A DNA stretch of 63,015 bases, the filler included, from Octopus bimaculoides (Eukaryota), in NCBI RefSeq assembly GCF_001194135.2. It is 5 parts of 4 records of this genome, joined end to end, with 100 filler letters (N's around TTAATTAATTAA, not from the genome) between each part and the next. Parts side by side here need not be neighbours in the genome. Positions count along the whole stretch, not along the records: positions 1 to 17,087 come from NC_069001.1; positions 17,188 to 33,854 come from NC_068984.1; 3 more parts are not named here. The stretch is one strand, 5' to 3'. Each line of letters opens with the position of its first letter. Position 1 is the stretch's first letter. Below are positions 13,405 to 26,433 of this stretch, one piece after another. A program made the position numbers and the translations under genes. Under the pieces are notes generated by a model that saw only the letters and a list, made by a program, of their open reading frames with translations, did no database searches and was not told the DNA's origin.

Positions 13405-13625
13405 AAGAAATACTGATTTCAAATTTGGCAACGATGCCAGCAATTTTTCAGGGAGTAATAAGTTGATCACATTGATACCAATACTCAAATGATACTTATT
13501 TTAACAACTGCAAAAGGATGAAAGGCAAAGCCGACATCAGCTGTATTTGAACTTAGAAAGTTAAGATGGACGAAATACCGGTAAGCATTTTCCCGGTGTG
13601 CTAACGATTCTGCCAGCTCACCACA
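13405..13625 (-). mobile_element. SINE S1
   Basis: ggatgaaaggcaaagccgac...gaaataccggtaagcatttt...ctaacgattctgccagctcacc is the reverse complement of the S1 head and body. Confidence 0.88.
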
Positions 13626-13644
13626 TTAATATCAAATGGGAAAT

Positions 13645-13773
13645 ATAAGACTCAAATTTTGGCAGAAGGCCAGCAAATTTAAATGCGGAGTTAGTCAATT
13701 ACATCGACCCCAGTACTCCACTGGTACTTATTTTATCAACCTTGAAATGATGAAAGGCAAAGTTGATTTTGAC
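13645..13773 (-). mobile_element. SINE S1, 3' part
   Basis: attacatcgaccccagtactccactggtacttattttatc...gatgaaaggcaaagttg. Confidence 0.85.
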
Positions 13774-13847
13774 AGAATTTGAAGGAGCAAGAGTGACATG
13801 ATATTTGGGAGAAGGAAAAAAAGAGAAAGGCAATATTCTCCAACTTT

Positions 13848-14065
13848 CAAGGTGGCGAGCTGGCAAAAACGTTAACACGCCGAGCGAAACGCTTAGCGGT
13901 ATTTCGTTTGTCTTTACCTTTTGAATTCAAATTCCACCGAGGTCGACTTTGCTTTTCATACTTTCAGGGTTGATAAATTAAGTACCAGTTGCATACTGGG
14001 TTCGATCTAATGGACTGGTCTCCTCCCCCAACATTTCGGGCCTTTTGCCTAGAGTAGCAAAGGAA
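13848..14065 (+). mobile_element. SINE S1, near full length
   Basis: ggcgagctggcaaaaacgttaacacgccgagcgaaacgcttagcggtatttcg...gaattcaaattccaccgaggtcgactttgc...gtaccagttgcatactggg...gcctagagtagcaaagga. Confidence 0.9.
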
Positions 14066-15446
14066 ATCTCCAAATTCAGGAGAAACAGCTCAATTGTAAA
14101 ATCATTGAAATAATCCGAAATAAAGGTTTATTTAAGCATGCTCTCCCTCTCTGCCTTCCCTTCTCTCTCNNNNNNNNNNNNNNNNNNNNNNNNNNNNNNN
14201 NNNNNNNNNNNNNNNNNNNNNNNNNNNNNNNNNNNNNNNNNNNNNNNNNNNNNNNNNNNNNNNNNNNNNNNNNNNNNNNNNNNNNNNNNNNNNNNNNNNN
14301 NNNNNNNNNNNNNNNNNNNNNNNNNNNNNNNNNNNNNNNNNNNNNNNNNNNNNNNNNNNNNNNNNNNNNNNNNNNNNNNNNNNNNNNNNNNNNNNNNNNN
14401 NNNNNNNNNNNNNNNNNNNNNNNNNNNNNNNNNNNNNNNNNNNNNNNNNNNNNNNNNNNNNNNNNNNNNNNNNNNNNNNNNNNNNNNNNNNNNNNNNNNN
14501 NNNNNNNNNNNNNNNNNNNNNNNNNNNNNNNNNNNNNNNNNNNNNNNNNNNNNNNNNNNNNNNNNNNNNNNNNNNNNNNNNNNNNNNNNNNNNNNNNNNN
14601 NNNNNNNNNNNNNNNNNNNNNNNNNNNNNNNNNNNNNNNNNNNNNNNNNNNNNNNNNNNNNNNNNNNNNNNNNNNNNNNNNNNNNNNNNNNNNNNNNNNN
14701 NNNNNNNNNNNNNNNNNNNNNNNNNNNNNNNNNNNNNNNNNNNNNNNNNNNNNNNNNNNNNNNNNNNNNNNNNNNNNNNNNNNNNNNNNNNNNNNNNNNN
14801 NNNNNNNNNNNNNNNNNNNNNNNNNNNNNNNNNNNNNNNNNNNNNNNNNNNNNNNNNNNNNNNNNNNNNNNNNNNNNNNNNNNNNNNNNNNNNNNNNNNN
14901 NNNNNNNNNNNNNNNNNNNNNNNNNNAAATCAAAATAGTTGTTACTTATTTACAAGAGATCTCAAGAATTGGTTATTGGTTATCAAAGAACATCTGAAGG
15001 GGTGTGGAAAGTTCATGTGTTCACCATTAACAGAATCATGTTTGATTTCCTTTGATAATAGGCAACAGGTAAGGTGAGTCCATCACACAAACAAGCAAAA
15101 ATTAGAAAAGAAAAGATACTGATAGGTTGGCAGGGAAGTGATTTTGGATCATGGAATTGGAGAAGGAAAAAAAATTGTTGAAGAAATAAGAACTTGAGAA
15201 GAGGTTGGTGTTAAATTGTTTCACACTTCGAAAACTAAACTGATCGAAAAGTTCAAGAATTGCTTTTTGCCTAATCTTCATCGGGTGTTATTGTGAAGTA
15301 TTGGAAACATATGAAGAGATTTAACAACCAGGTAGGATTATAGATGTGCAACTTTACATTGTTTCCATTATTTCATATATCTCCTCAACATGAAATTATT
15401 AAACAGTTTCTACGCATACACGCACACGCGCTCACACACACACACG

Positions 15447-15482
<36 letters not shown>

Positions 15483-15529
15483 TACACATTCACACACAGT
15501 GATAGATATAAACATGTATGTATACATAT

Positions 15530-15665
15530 ATTGCTGTGTGGTAAAATATTTACTTCCCAACGAAACGGTTCTGGATTCAGTCCCACTGTACGGCACCTTG
15601 AACAAGTGTATTTTATCATAACCTTGCGGCAACCGAAGATTTGTGCTTGAATTTGGAAGACAGAA
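15530..15665 (+). mobile_element. SINE S2 head (degenerate)
   Basis: gctgtgtggtaaaatatttacttcccaac...ggattcagtcccactgtacggcaccttgaacaagtg. Confidence 0.8.
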
Positions 15666-15689
15666 TCAATTTCTCTATCTGCCTATATA

Positions 15690-16419
15690 TCTACACAGTG
15701 TAACTCCGCTTGGCATTCGTACCAGAAGCTCCAATACGAATATTTCAGAGTGTTTGGGTGTAAATCTGCGGACAGTGCAATCTGAGGACGAGTAGCAAGA
15801 GTGATAAAAAGCAAACATCCGGTCAACATCATGGTGTTTGAAGTGATCACTAGTGATGGCGACGTTTTGCCTCCATTCATCTTCTCACACAACCTCAGAA
15901 TCAAAACGGAAGCCTACATCAAGGGACTGGAGGAGGTAGTGCTGTCTTGGGTCAAAAGATTGGCTGATGGAAGACCCTATGTCTGACAACATGACTCTTC
16001 ACCATTCCTCACTAGCAGGAGAACCCAGTCATGGCTATCAGACAATTTATGCGACTACGTCAGCCCTAAAATCTGGTCACCTAACTCCACAGACTACAAC
16101 CCCCTTGACTGTTATATGTGGGACGCAGTTGAGCGAGTGACTAACAAAATTCATTGCAACACCAAAGATGAGCTGAAGGCAAGAATTATGGCAACATTGA
16201 ACAACTTAAACAAGAAGGCCATCCAGAAGAGTTGCAGGAGATTCCAAAGTCGTCCAGAGATCGTGGTTAACGTCAACGACCATTATATTCAATAAATTTA
16301 CCCTTAGTATTTCAATATATTTTTATATATCTTTGGTAAACATATCTGTTAAAATGAGATATCAGATTTATTCTCGCTTTTGCATAATTTAGACGACAAT
16401 ATATTCACCGCACCCTGTA
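15690..16419 (+). mobile_element. maT/DD37D (Tc1/mariner superfamily) transposon relic with right TIR and TA
   Basis: KHPVNIMVFEVITSDGDV...GRPYV*QHDSSP...WSPNSTDYNPLDCYMW has 37 residues between the 2nd and 3rd catalytic D. Ends ...caccgcaccctg-TA. Confidence 0.88.
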
Positions 16420-17087
16420 TGTGTGTATGTATGTATGTACGTATGTATACATGTATGTATCGTGTATGTATATATACACACATACACACACTCACACGCA
16501 TACATATTGTATATATGTGTGCTTATGATTAAAATGACAATGGCTACTCACTGACTTAGTACTCCATCTTAGCTATTAGTATCCAGGCAGTTTCAAGTAT
16601 AATGGTTAGTCCTTAACTGTATTGCTAGTTATGATATACAGGGTATAAGTGCTGGAAAATTAAGATAAACACTCATATTATTACGTAGTTCCTATGTATG
16701 TTTTGCTATTGCAGTTAATTGGACCTCAACATTGCATCTTCCAAGAGCAATAGGAACATGGTTTCGAATACAAGTATACCAAGAACGTCCTGTGGCGAAT
16801 TCCAGATAACTCAAATGGTGAAACGTAAATAGGAAGTAAATATTATTACTGGTGTTTGTCTTAATTAACCACTACATAGATACATACATACCCACACACA
16901 TTCATGCATACATACATACACACTTACATGCATACATACATACACATACATACATACATGTGTGTATGTATGTGTATTTATAATTATACTGATCATATAA
17001 CGAACTTTGAAAGTCGATGCTGATAATGATATTTATTTCCAATGCAATTTATAATAAATACCTATATATATATATATATATATATAT

Positions 17088-17187
17088 NNNNNNNNNNNNN
17101 NNNNNNNNNNNNNNNNNNNNNNNNNNNNNNNTTAATTAATTAANNNNNNNNNNNNNNNNNNNNNNNNNNNNNNNNNNNNNNNNNNNN
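17088..17187. other. Artificial 100-nt scaffold spacer (N44-TTAATTAATTAA-N44)
   Basis: Identical layout at 33855-33954, 51746-51845 and 59615-59714; the 12-mer is a palindromic six-frame stop. Confidence 0.95.
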
Positions 17188-18331
17188 TTTAAATGTCTTG
17201 CCCGCTTACGCTTTGGTATTCCGCTAAATTTCGTTTTGAGAACAATTTAGGTCTTAGTAGACACAAGATGTGATCTATTTCTAGCACATTGAATGTCCAC
17301 GTTAGTGGTCAACGTTATATATAAAAATATATATATATATATGTATGTGTGTGTGAATGTAAATATGTATATATAAATGAAGTAAAATAAATTAATGGTT
17401 GTTTCTGAGCCTCTCCATAAATGAATATAGATCATAATGCATTCCTCGACGCCAGTTTTTTGTATAAAACTGTTACTTCGTATATTGTAAAGTTTATAAC
17501 TTTAAATTATAATTTCATTCCCTTTTTGCTTGGTACTATTGTTATTCATTTTCATGACGCCCAATTGACTGGGCCAATTGATTGACATATGTATTATTTA
17601 TTTCATAAAGCAGTGTCTTTGACTATAACGTCCCTTGTTTGTGAATCAATTACTTACTCAACAATTCGTTATATGACTGTTGTTTTAAATATTGCCTGAT
17701 GAGCGTGAGATGTTCATAATATTTGACGTAATCCAAAATATTAGATTGTTCTCACAATAAATAAAATTTCTTAGTGAAACAATTGTTGTTTGTTCGGTTA
17801 TTACTATTTCTCGCCTCACTAACGAACCTATTATTCGTCTAATTGCGGTTACCCAACTATAGGGTCCGGTCTTCATCGATGTTTTCTGCGTTGATAATGG
17901 ATTCAACTCTCTGCTCTATGCGATTCTCTAGCTAATCAGTGGTTTACTACACGTTCATGTACCTCGGTTCTTTATAAATACTATATAACCACAATATGTG
18001 TGTATTAGTGTGTATGTATGCGTATATGATTCAAGCGTGATACATGATTTTCCATCTGTTATTTTAACTAGTATAATAGTTTATGTATCTCTTCTCTTGA
18101 AGCAGTCAGTTAATCTTTTCATCATATGAGAATTATTCGAATGGACATTTCCAGATTTCATCCTTAGAAAGCGAAACTATGAGTTTAAACGAAATTATCC
18201 GGACGATATTAGCGTTACGATAAATATGGATACCTTCATTGTGATTCGGATCTTCGTCATAATCGGTTTATATTTTTAATCAAATAGTACATGATTGAAT
18301 GCTATATATTTACTGGTTACAGTGATATTAG

Positions 18332-18369
<38 letters not shown>

Positions 18370-19952
18370 ATGACTGTATGTATGTGTGTATGCATATATA
18401 AAATCAAACTTTTGGTTAATTATCTAATCCTTTCCAGAACATCGCTTGTTTTCATAATTCATTGCGAAATCAATTAATATTGTAGCTTTAATATTATTAT
18501 ACTGGGTTATTTTGTTCCAAAACATCGACCGAATCCAAAATTCTACATCACAAGTGTCATTATAAAAATTAATAGGACCCATGTTATCTTTGAAAAACCA
18601 ATACATATTATGAAACAAATACCATAACTGTACAAATGAAAATAACTTATAAGAGTAAATGAAGTGAAAAATAAATTATCATTTGTTATTTGACAGGTCT
18701 TTTACAGATTATTTATTTGATTGGCCTCTGTCCAACGAGTACACGAGCTATGGCATTAAAATTTAATGTTTATAGAATAAACAGATGTTATTATATGATA
18801 AATAATTCAATATGCAAAATGAAAAGCGTAATAAATTAGATAATTTTAAAATCAACTATTTAATTAACTCGTGTTTAGCATGAAATTTTTCTGATATATC
18901 GTTGTTAGTTGTTTTCGGTTTGATGTATATCAATGAAAGCAAATGATTTTAGGCTTTTGTGCTGAAACACACGAGACACATAATTAATTTTTAAAATGCT
19001 TCTTACAATTTGAAGAATACATATTAATTATATACCCGCAAATAAAACAAAAAATCATGCACTATCTCACTTGTGTTTAGCAGCCTACATCATGGGAACA
19101 AGTTAATAGATGAGAACAACAGAAGTCATGTTTACTAAGATTTTTACAGGAAATTCTTTCTTCCTCAGGAGGATCATTTGCATCTTCTCCTATTGAAGAT
19201 GTCACATCAGAAATAGATGGTTCTTGGATGATGTTTTTAAAGAAATTTTCTAGAATGCATTATCACGGTTTATTCTTCTCGACACCTCAAAAAGTATTAC
19301 AATACTTTATCAGAAAAAATAATTCATACTTTATCAGAAGAATAATTCACATTTTCTCCGATATAAATATGCGCTCTCACAATGTCTGTGATATTATACC
19401 AGTATCAAAAATACTTGCTAAAGTTATATGAAAATCTTTTGTTTTGATCCTTCGCCTGCTCATTTTAAGAGTTCTTTCATTGATTTAAGAGCTCAACTTT
19501 CTCCCAATTGAGCTCGCCATATGGCCAATGTAAGGCTCTCTTTAATACTTCTCAAAATCCACAGAACTACCCTAGCAGAAAATTTCCTATAGGAACTATC
19601 CCAAGCACGTTAAAATCTGTTCAAGAGATATAAAGCCAAGATGGTCTCAGGGTGTTGATACTTTTTATATGGTTATCTTTTGTCATGAGCACTATTTTTT
19701 GTGCTATTAAAAATTATCTTTTGTATTTCTGTTATTGGTGCTCAGTGTTGAATTATTATTGTGTTGTTTATCTTAAAATTGAAAGAATGTGATTGTATCC
19801 TAACATTTAGGTCATTTTTGTTGTTGGCATTCATGGTTCTCTATGTTTGAAGGTTGTGAATATGAGAGATTCGTTTGAGATATCTAACAGATCAATAGAT
19901 CAAACCGAAGTTCTACAATGATGAAAATATAACCGAAAATATTATATTCCAG

Positions 19953-19965
19953 AGTAATAATAATG

Positions 19966-20037
<72 letters not shown>
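19953..20037. repeat. (TAA)n microsatellite
   Basis: Seen directly. Confidence 0.97.
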
Positions 20038-20038
<1 letters not shown>

Positions 20039-20039
20039 T

Positions 20040-20805
20040 CTTTGTACTGTGTATGATACCACTAACACTGATTCTGAAGAAAGGCTGGGTATGTATTCAA
20101 AAGCCGCCAACAAAATGTCAACCACTTGTTATTCATGGATGACCTCAAACTTTATGGTAAAGGTGAATTCCAAGTCAGTTCTCTCGTTGATATGTCGGAA
20201 TTATAAAATGAAAACCGCTTACAGATGGTATAAATACCATCCTGAAGCTGTGACTGAGGGCGAAAATGTATCGATTCTCTGCGACTTCCCCGTACATACC
20301 GACAAATCTATAAAGCTAATAAACCGGATATTATTATAAAAGATCAAAGAAGATGTGTTTATTAATTGACATGAGTATTCCTTGCGATCATAATATAGCG
20401 GCGGAAGAATTTGACAAGATCAGTAAATATAAAAACTTGCTAATAGAAGATGAAAAAATATGGCATCTCAAGGCGACTACCGTACCAGTAGGATCTCTAG
20501 GAATGATAAGAAAAGGTACTGAAACCTATTTGAAAATGATACCAGGCTTACCATCCCTACAGGAAGTGCAAAAAATCGTGTTAACTGGAACGACTCATGT
20601 ACTGAGAAGAGCATTATCGCTGTGAAAATAACATCCATTCATGAATTTATTTATTTATTAATTTTTTTCAATACATATTTTACCTGTAAATTTGCGCGTG
20701 TAAAGTGGGAATGCATACAATGAACTTCTCTACCCTAGGTGTACGGAAAACACTCGGCGAGAAATGGAAGAAAATTTGAAGAAAAGAAGAAAAAAAACAA
20801 TGACA
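20040..20805 (+). mobile_element. RLE LINE fragment with internal deletion: RT motif joined to endonuclease, plus 3' UTR
   Basis: NHLLFMDDLKLYGK (RT catalytic motif) at about 20120-20160, then WYKYHPE...KANKPDIII...IDMSIPCD...K.SKYKNL...QKIVLTGTTHVLRRALSL*. Bracketed by (TAA)n. Confidence 0.9.
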
Positions 20806-20831
20806 TAATAATAATAATAATAATAATAATG

Positions 20832-20865
<34 letters not shown>

Positions 20866-20876
20866 TAATAATAATG

Positions 20877-20928
<52 letters not shown>

Positions 20929-20943
20929 TAATAATAGTAATAA
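20805..20943. repeat. (TAA)n microsatellite
   Basis: Seen directly. Confidence 0.97.
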
Positions 20944-21242
20944 AGACTAAAACAATACCTATTGTCATAGGTGCCCTGGGAATGACAGCGAAACGGGCTG
21001 ATTACTACCTAGCTCAGATACCAGGAAACCCCAAAATGGCGGAAGTTCAAAAGATAGTGCTCATGGGAACTGCCCATATCATACGTAAAATACTGTCTAT
21101 GTGATCTCAAATTTTAAAACAAATACAATCCAAATATATGGTACCCTAGGCATAACACCTACATGAACTAACTTGTCTCTTGAGGTCTCTGGGTGAGACT
21201 TGGACCAAACTTGTACAAATGCAAAGCAAAATTCAAACATAA

Positions 21243-21243
<1 letters not shown>
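20944..21243 (+). mobile_element. RLE LINE 3' end (distinct family), bracketed by (TAA)n
   Basis: KTIPIVIGALG...EVQKIVLMGTAHIIRKILSM* followed by a 3' UTR unlike that of its neighbours. Confidence 0.88.
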
Positions 21244-21275
<32 letters not shown>

Positions 21276-21310
21276 AAAAAATAAATAATAATAATAATAA
21301 TAATAATAAT

Positions 21311-21520
21311 CCTTTCTATTATAGGCACAAGGCTTGAAATTCGAGGGAGGGGATAGTCGATTACATCGAACCCAGTACTCAACTGGTACTTAATTTATTA
21401 ACCCCAACAGGATGAAAGGTAAATTCGACATCGGCCGAATTTGAACTCAGAAATACCCGTAGCGACGGGCGAAATACTGCTAAGCATTTCATCCAGCGTG
21501 CTAACGATTCTGCCAGCTCT
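21311..21520 (-). mobile_element. SINE S1 with (ATT)n tail
   Basis: Reverse complement of S1; its 3' end gcctataatagaaagg runs into (ATT)n, which is the (TAA)n at 21243-21310. Confidence 0.9.
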
Positions 21521-21533
21521 AAGAACCACAAAG

Positions 21534-21574
<41 letters not shown>

Positions 21575-21689
21575 ATTGTGTTTGTGGGTGTGTGCGTGTG
21601 TGTGTGGGGGGTGTAGTGTGGGTTTTGCATGTGAACAGGTTTAACGTAAAAAATTCATTTTGAACATTGTATAATCTTCTATATGGAGG

Positions 21690-21885
21690 AGACTTTCGAG
21701 GGCTGCTCATGAAAAATTCCCCATAAAACCACGGGTGCCTTGACTTCCAGGGCAGGTGTCTTTCCTCATTTCCACTTCTCCGATAACAGGTGTAAGCTCA
21801 GGAAAGGTTTATTAACTTTCACCATTTTCGCCACTCTTATCCACCTTTCATCAAAAGGGCTACAAGGCAACCCTCCCTCTCCACC
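21690..21885 (-). mobile_element. Possible Tx1/L1-like 3' end
   Basis: Reverse strand gives VERE...FDERWIRVAKMVKV, resembling the tail expected after KRKVRVE of the element at 33955. Confidence 0.35.
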
Positions 21886-21904
21886 TTATTTTCCTCAACT
21901 AAAA

Positions 21905-22520
21905 CTTGAAGAAGTTGATGAGGAATTGGCTAAAAGGTGGCATAATAACGTAGCTAAGTATCTTCATTGGAGATTGTATAAGAGGGTATGGCCTTGATAG
22001 AGCATTGAAATGCTATGAACATAACCCAGAAATCGTTATCAATAATAATGAGCGTAAGATGTGGGATTTTAAAATCTAGTATGATTTAGTAACTGGTGCT
22101 CAGAGACCAGACATTGTTGTAGTTCATAAAATGATGACGTAAATCAACATTTCAGATATTGCCATGTCTGGAGATGTACGAATATGTGATAAAATAGTGG
22201 AAAGGATTTAAAATTACAACACACTGAAAGATAAGACTGCACGAACGTGGGCAATGAAGAAAGTAACTGTAATACAAGGAGTTGTTAGGAAACTGGGAGC
22301 ATTAACAACTAGGTTTGAGAAATTGTGATTGATTTGAAGGTAGAATATGCTTATGAAGCTGTTTTACTGGGGGCAGCGAGGATTTTGAGAGTGGTACTTG
22401 GATGTTAAGCATCGTTCAAAGAGATCCTCTGAGATACTTGAAAACACGTAGTTGTCCGCTCTTACAGAATCAGCCGGAGCAAGTGAAATCGAGAGCGCTG
22501 GGAAATGAAACAACAAAACC
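21905..22520 (+). mobile_element. RLE LINE endonuclease domain and 3' UTR (family B-related), decayed
   Basis: KRWHNNVAKYLHWRL...YEHNPE...MWDF...QRPDIVVV...DIAMSGD...AVLLGAARILRVVLGC*; ends in AAT-rich repeat at about 22520-22548. Confidence 0.85.
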
Positions 22521-22744
22521 AATAATAGGAATAAAAATAATAATAATTGTAAACATATTACATCATTACCCACCAATACTCTATTATCACGTGTTATTTT
22601 ACAGAAAATCTAGATAACTTACAATATTGAAGTGCATATCCATAAGCAGAAACCAATTCAATAAGTTATGCGTGTGTATATAAGTGAGAACATCAATATG
22701 CATACAGAAACACATACATACATAAATACATTTAGATAAACATA

Positions 22745-22779
<35 letters not shown>

Positions 22780-23864
22780 GATATATACATATACACATGT
22801 TTAGATGCGTGTGAGCGTGTATTTGTGTATGTTTGTGTGTATTTATGTACGTATTCTTCATACTGTACTTCATGAGGTTTTTGAATTATTTGAAAAAAGA
22901 GGTATCTTTATCAATAGACATAAATATTTAGCTTTATTTCGGAAAGTAAAGATTTGCCGTGTTTATTATCATATATAATATTTATTATAAAGCTATACCC
23001 TACATTTCAATGTATGCGTCTGTGACTTGTATGTAGATGTCTTGTACATCTGTGCGTAAAACTCAAGACTAGGATTATTATTCGGTTTCTGGAAATAGCA
23101 TGTTGTTGCTGTATATATCGTAGATATGTAAAGCATATCGCCCCAGTGGGATTCGAAGTCATTGTATAGTTTTACAAAATAAAATAGTAAACCTGTACAA
23201 ATTGAAAAATTGTAAGAAAAATAAACATATTTAATACAGTGCTCAACTTTTCTATACCAACATTCGTATAACTATTATTGGTACCATTTGAATTTAACCA
23301 TTAACAAAGTATAATGTCTTGATAAAATATGTAGTTAGCAATGAGTTTTACGAAAAAGTCCCTTTCATATTATATCATTCATATTCAGCTGTTAATTTTA
23401 CTTGTTAATAAGGAATATACTTTAAACTTATACATTTATTTCCAACACATTAGCTACAAAAGCCCATTAGCTTATCAGCAAAACCACAAAGTCTCTTACA
23501 TTTATTAATAATTTATATTCTCTCAAATAACTATCACGTGCTTTCAATTTTTGAAGACACTTGACATTTTGAATGAAATTTCGAAATTATTTCTGCGATT
23601 ATGAAGCTGCCTTAAGAAAAACATCTGGCGCCAAATATATATACTTTTGTATAACAGGACTGAATTATATTTGGTTTGTAAATTTAGTTTTATATATATG
23701 AAATATATTATCTGTATAATAGTAGGTCTACTGCTATGAAAACTTTACATTTTTAATAGTAATAATAATGTTTATAATACAAGCATACTGCTACAAATTT
23801 TGATAAAATGTTATTGAAAAATTTACATTTTTAATAGGAATTATAACAGTTTGTTATATAGGTA

Positions 23865-24005
23865 GACGGCCACAAGATTTGAAAGAACGGTGCAGTCTAT
23901 TTACTTGACAACGATATTCAGTGGTACCTATGTTATTCACGAGAGAAATGAGATTTACGTATAGAACGTAAAGGGACATAACTAAGTATAATATTTCCTT
24001 TATCG
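23865..24005 (-). mobile_element. Highly degenerate SINE S1
   Basis: ggccacaagatttgaa...cagtggtacctatgttatt...agaacgtaaagggac follows the reverse-strand S1 layout. Confidence 0.45.
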
Positions 24006-24467
24006 TTCTATCAAATCGGTAACTATCTATTGAAGGATAATAAATAGAAATTTACGTGAAATATAATAGATTCATTTTACGTCATAAGGGCAATTAATTG
24101 TATTTGTTGGTATAAAGAACGACTAACCACCATAATTAATCGCCCCAGTGTCCAGTCCGCAGCCGTAGATGTTCTCTTTATTCGTCTGTCACTATTATAA
24201 GGATCACTGCTGTGAGTTGGCTGTCATTGTACATCCTGTACTCAAGCACTCCAGATCCATTCATCTCTCAAGCTGTCGTTACCTATCGTGCGTCATCCCC
24301 AGGTCCTGAAGTCACAAGTGTGCGCACGCGCGAGCACACCCACACACACGCACGTACACACACGCACGTACACAAACACGCACGTCCCCCCCACACACAC
24401 ACACACGTATACATACAATACACGCACATATACATACAATACACGCACATATACATACAAACATACA

Positions 24468-25830
24468 TAAAGAATATTACAGTCGAATAAAGAAAATTTG
24501 GATCTCGGAACTCTCTGCATTCAATAAGACAATGGCTCACAATGTGTTTGCAGTGCCAGTGCTCATACCAACATTTGGTTTGCTTGTTTGGACATTTGAT
24601 GAGATTCGAGCCATTGATGTGAAAACCTGGAAAATACTATCAAGCACACATCATTTCCAAATCAACAGTGTCGTAGACCGCATCTACCTCAAACGAAAGC
24701 AGGGGATCAGAAGGTTAACATCGATCCAGAATGACTTTGAATGTCGTATCGCATCTCTTCGGCAACGTCTATTAACCACCAAATGTCGAAGTGCATCCCT
24801 TGACCAAGTTTGTATACATGAGACTGATAACGTCATAAAGCTTGGAAAGCAGCTCTTTGATCTGCATTCCTTGTCTGATATCCATAAACACTTAACCAAA
24901 GTCGCACGACTCTACAACAATGTGTCATCAGATGAAAAGAAGAGCGTATATGAGCAGTAGATCATGCATGAATATATTAGTAGAAAGCTGCGAGATGATA
25001 GTAACATTGATCATGAAAGAAGTCTATCATGGACCAGCAACCCGATTACTACTTCCCAATTGGAAGCGCATGCGTTTGCAATCCAAGAACTGGAAATACC
25101 ACCGAAATGCTTGATGCACAAAAGGGACATAGATGCAAGAATAGCTGAAAAATGTGAAAAACCATGCAGACTTTGTAGAGTTAACACCTGAGATATCACC
25201 CACATCATAAGCAGTTGTCCGAAAACGTCATCACGGTTTTATCTACCGATGAAACATGATGTTACGGTATAAACCCGAGGACAAAGAAATACAAACCCAC
25301 AGTTTGGTGGAAGCCATAGTCACTCATAATAAAAAGTAGTACTGGTGGAATTTCTCAGTGAAAACCTCAATAAAATGTAAACACAATAGACCTGGCATAA
25401 TGATTCGGGATAGAGAGAAGAGAAACTGTATACAGTTATGTTTGGCAGCTGCTCAGTGGATGTTAACATAAAGCTAAAGATCAGCGAAAAAGAAAATACC
25501 TATGCCGAACTATTGAGAAATTTTCAGTTACTCTATACATATTACAAGTTCATATTTATACCTGTAATTATTGGGGCACTTGAATATGTAACAGACTGCC
25601 AAAATACAAATCTTGAGAAATTAGGCTTCTCAAAACCCAAAAGGAGAAAACTGATTCAAAGACTACAGATCCAATCCATAACTGGAACTGTAAAAAATCT
25701 GTAAAATTTTCCAGAAGTTTATCATTTAAATATATGTGAGCTTGTCTAGATATGCAACTATATGCATGAGAATACACACATAAAATATATAAATCTGCAC
25801 ATACATACATACATACATACATACATACAT
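24468..25830 (+). mobile_element. RLE LINE family C, 1.35-kb 5'-truncated copy (thumb, CCHC, RLE, 3' UTR) between CATA repeats
   Basis: DRIYLKRKQGIRRL; CRLCRVNT*DITHIISSCP; KHD; YWWN...KHNRP..MI.DREK; SCxxDVNI...EKENTY; IPVIIGAL; QSITGTVKICK..KFII*. Confidence 0.92.
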
Positions 25831-26401
25831 ACATGCCACGAACACCAGACGCAAGAATAGCTTGATTTTCAAAGCGTACGTATTGTGGATCAACCTGAAG
25901 GTATAATTAGTTAGTGTAAGATTGCACAAAAGTTAAGGATTCCACCTGCCACACTCAAAAGAGTAAGTCTACAATTCACAAAGAAAATGAGTTAGCAGCA
26001 CCCACTTGAGGTCAACTTGCAACATCTGAAAGGTGCCTTCGGACTGTCAAGTGGATTGGTGAAAATAATTCCTGTTGTAAGTCAGGTGGTATTGTAGAAA
26101 AGAGGTTCTCAAACTTTTTGGGCCACGGCACTCATCGTGCCCACAAAATACTCTCAGCGCTCCCACACCTATTTTTATGCATAAATAAATATTCTATATT
26201 TTACTAATTTATATATACTATGAATTATTTGATATTTGATATAATATTACATAATTTGTATACAATACTATATTATAAATTCATAGCGTCCCCCAATCCA
26301 CTGCCTTCCTCCCAATGCCTCCTTTTTCTCTTTTCCCCCCGCACCCGCCTTAGATACCAGCGCCCACCTGTCTATCTGTCTGTCTCTCTTTCTCTCTGTC
26401 T

Positions 26402-26433
<32 letters not shown>

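Noticed and set aside
17132-17143. TTAATTAATTAA islands inside N runs (also 33899, 51790, 59659)
   Set aside because: Always N44-12mer-N44, totalling 100 nt, and a six-frame stop: an assembler spacer, not biology. Adjacency across these gaps is uncertain.
19080-19700. Coding-looking stretch (ORF 19228-19431 and reverse-strand peptides)
   Set aside because: No motif I can recognise and multiple stops; possibly an old unclassified TE.
26098-26375. hAT/Charlie-like TIR (agaggttctcaaactttttg)
   Set aside because: Only one plausible end; no matching inverted terminus or 8-bp TSD found.
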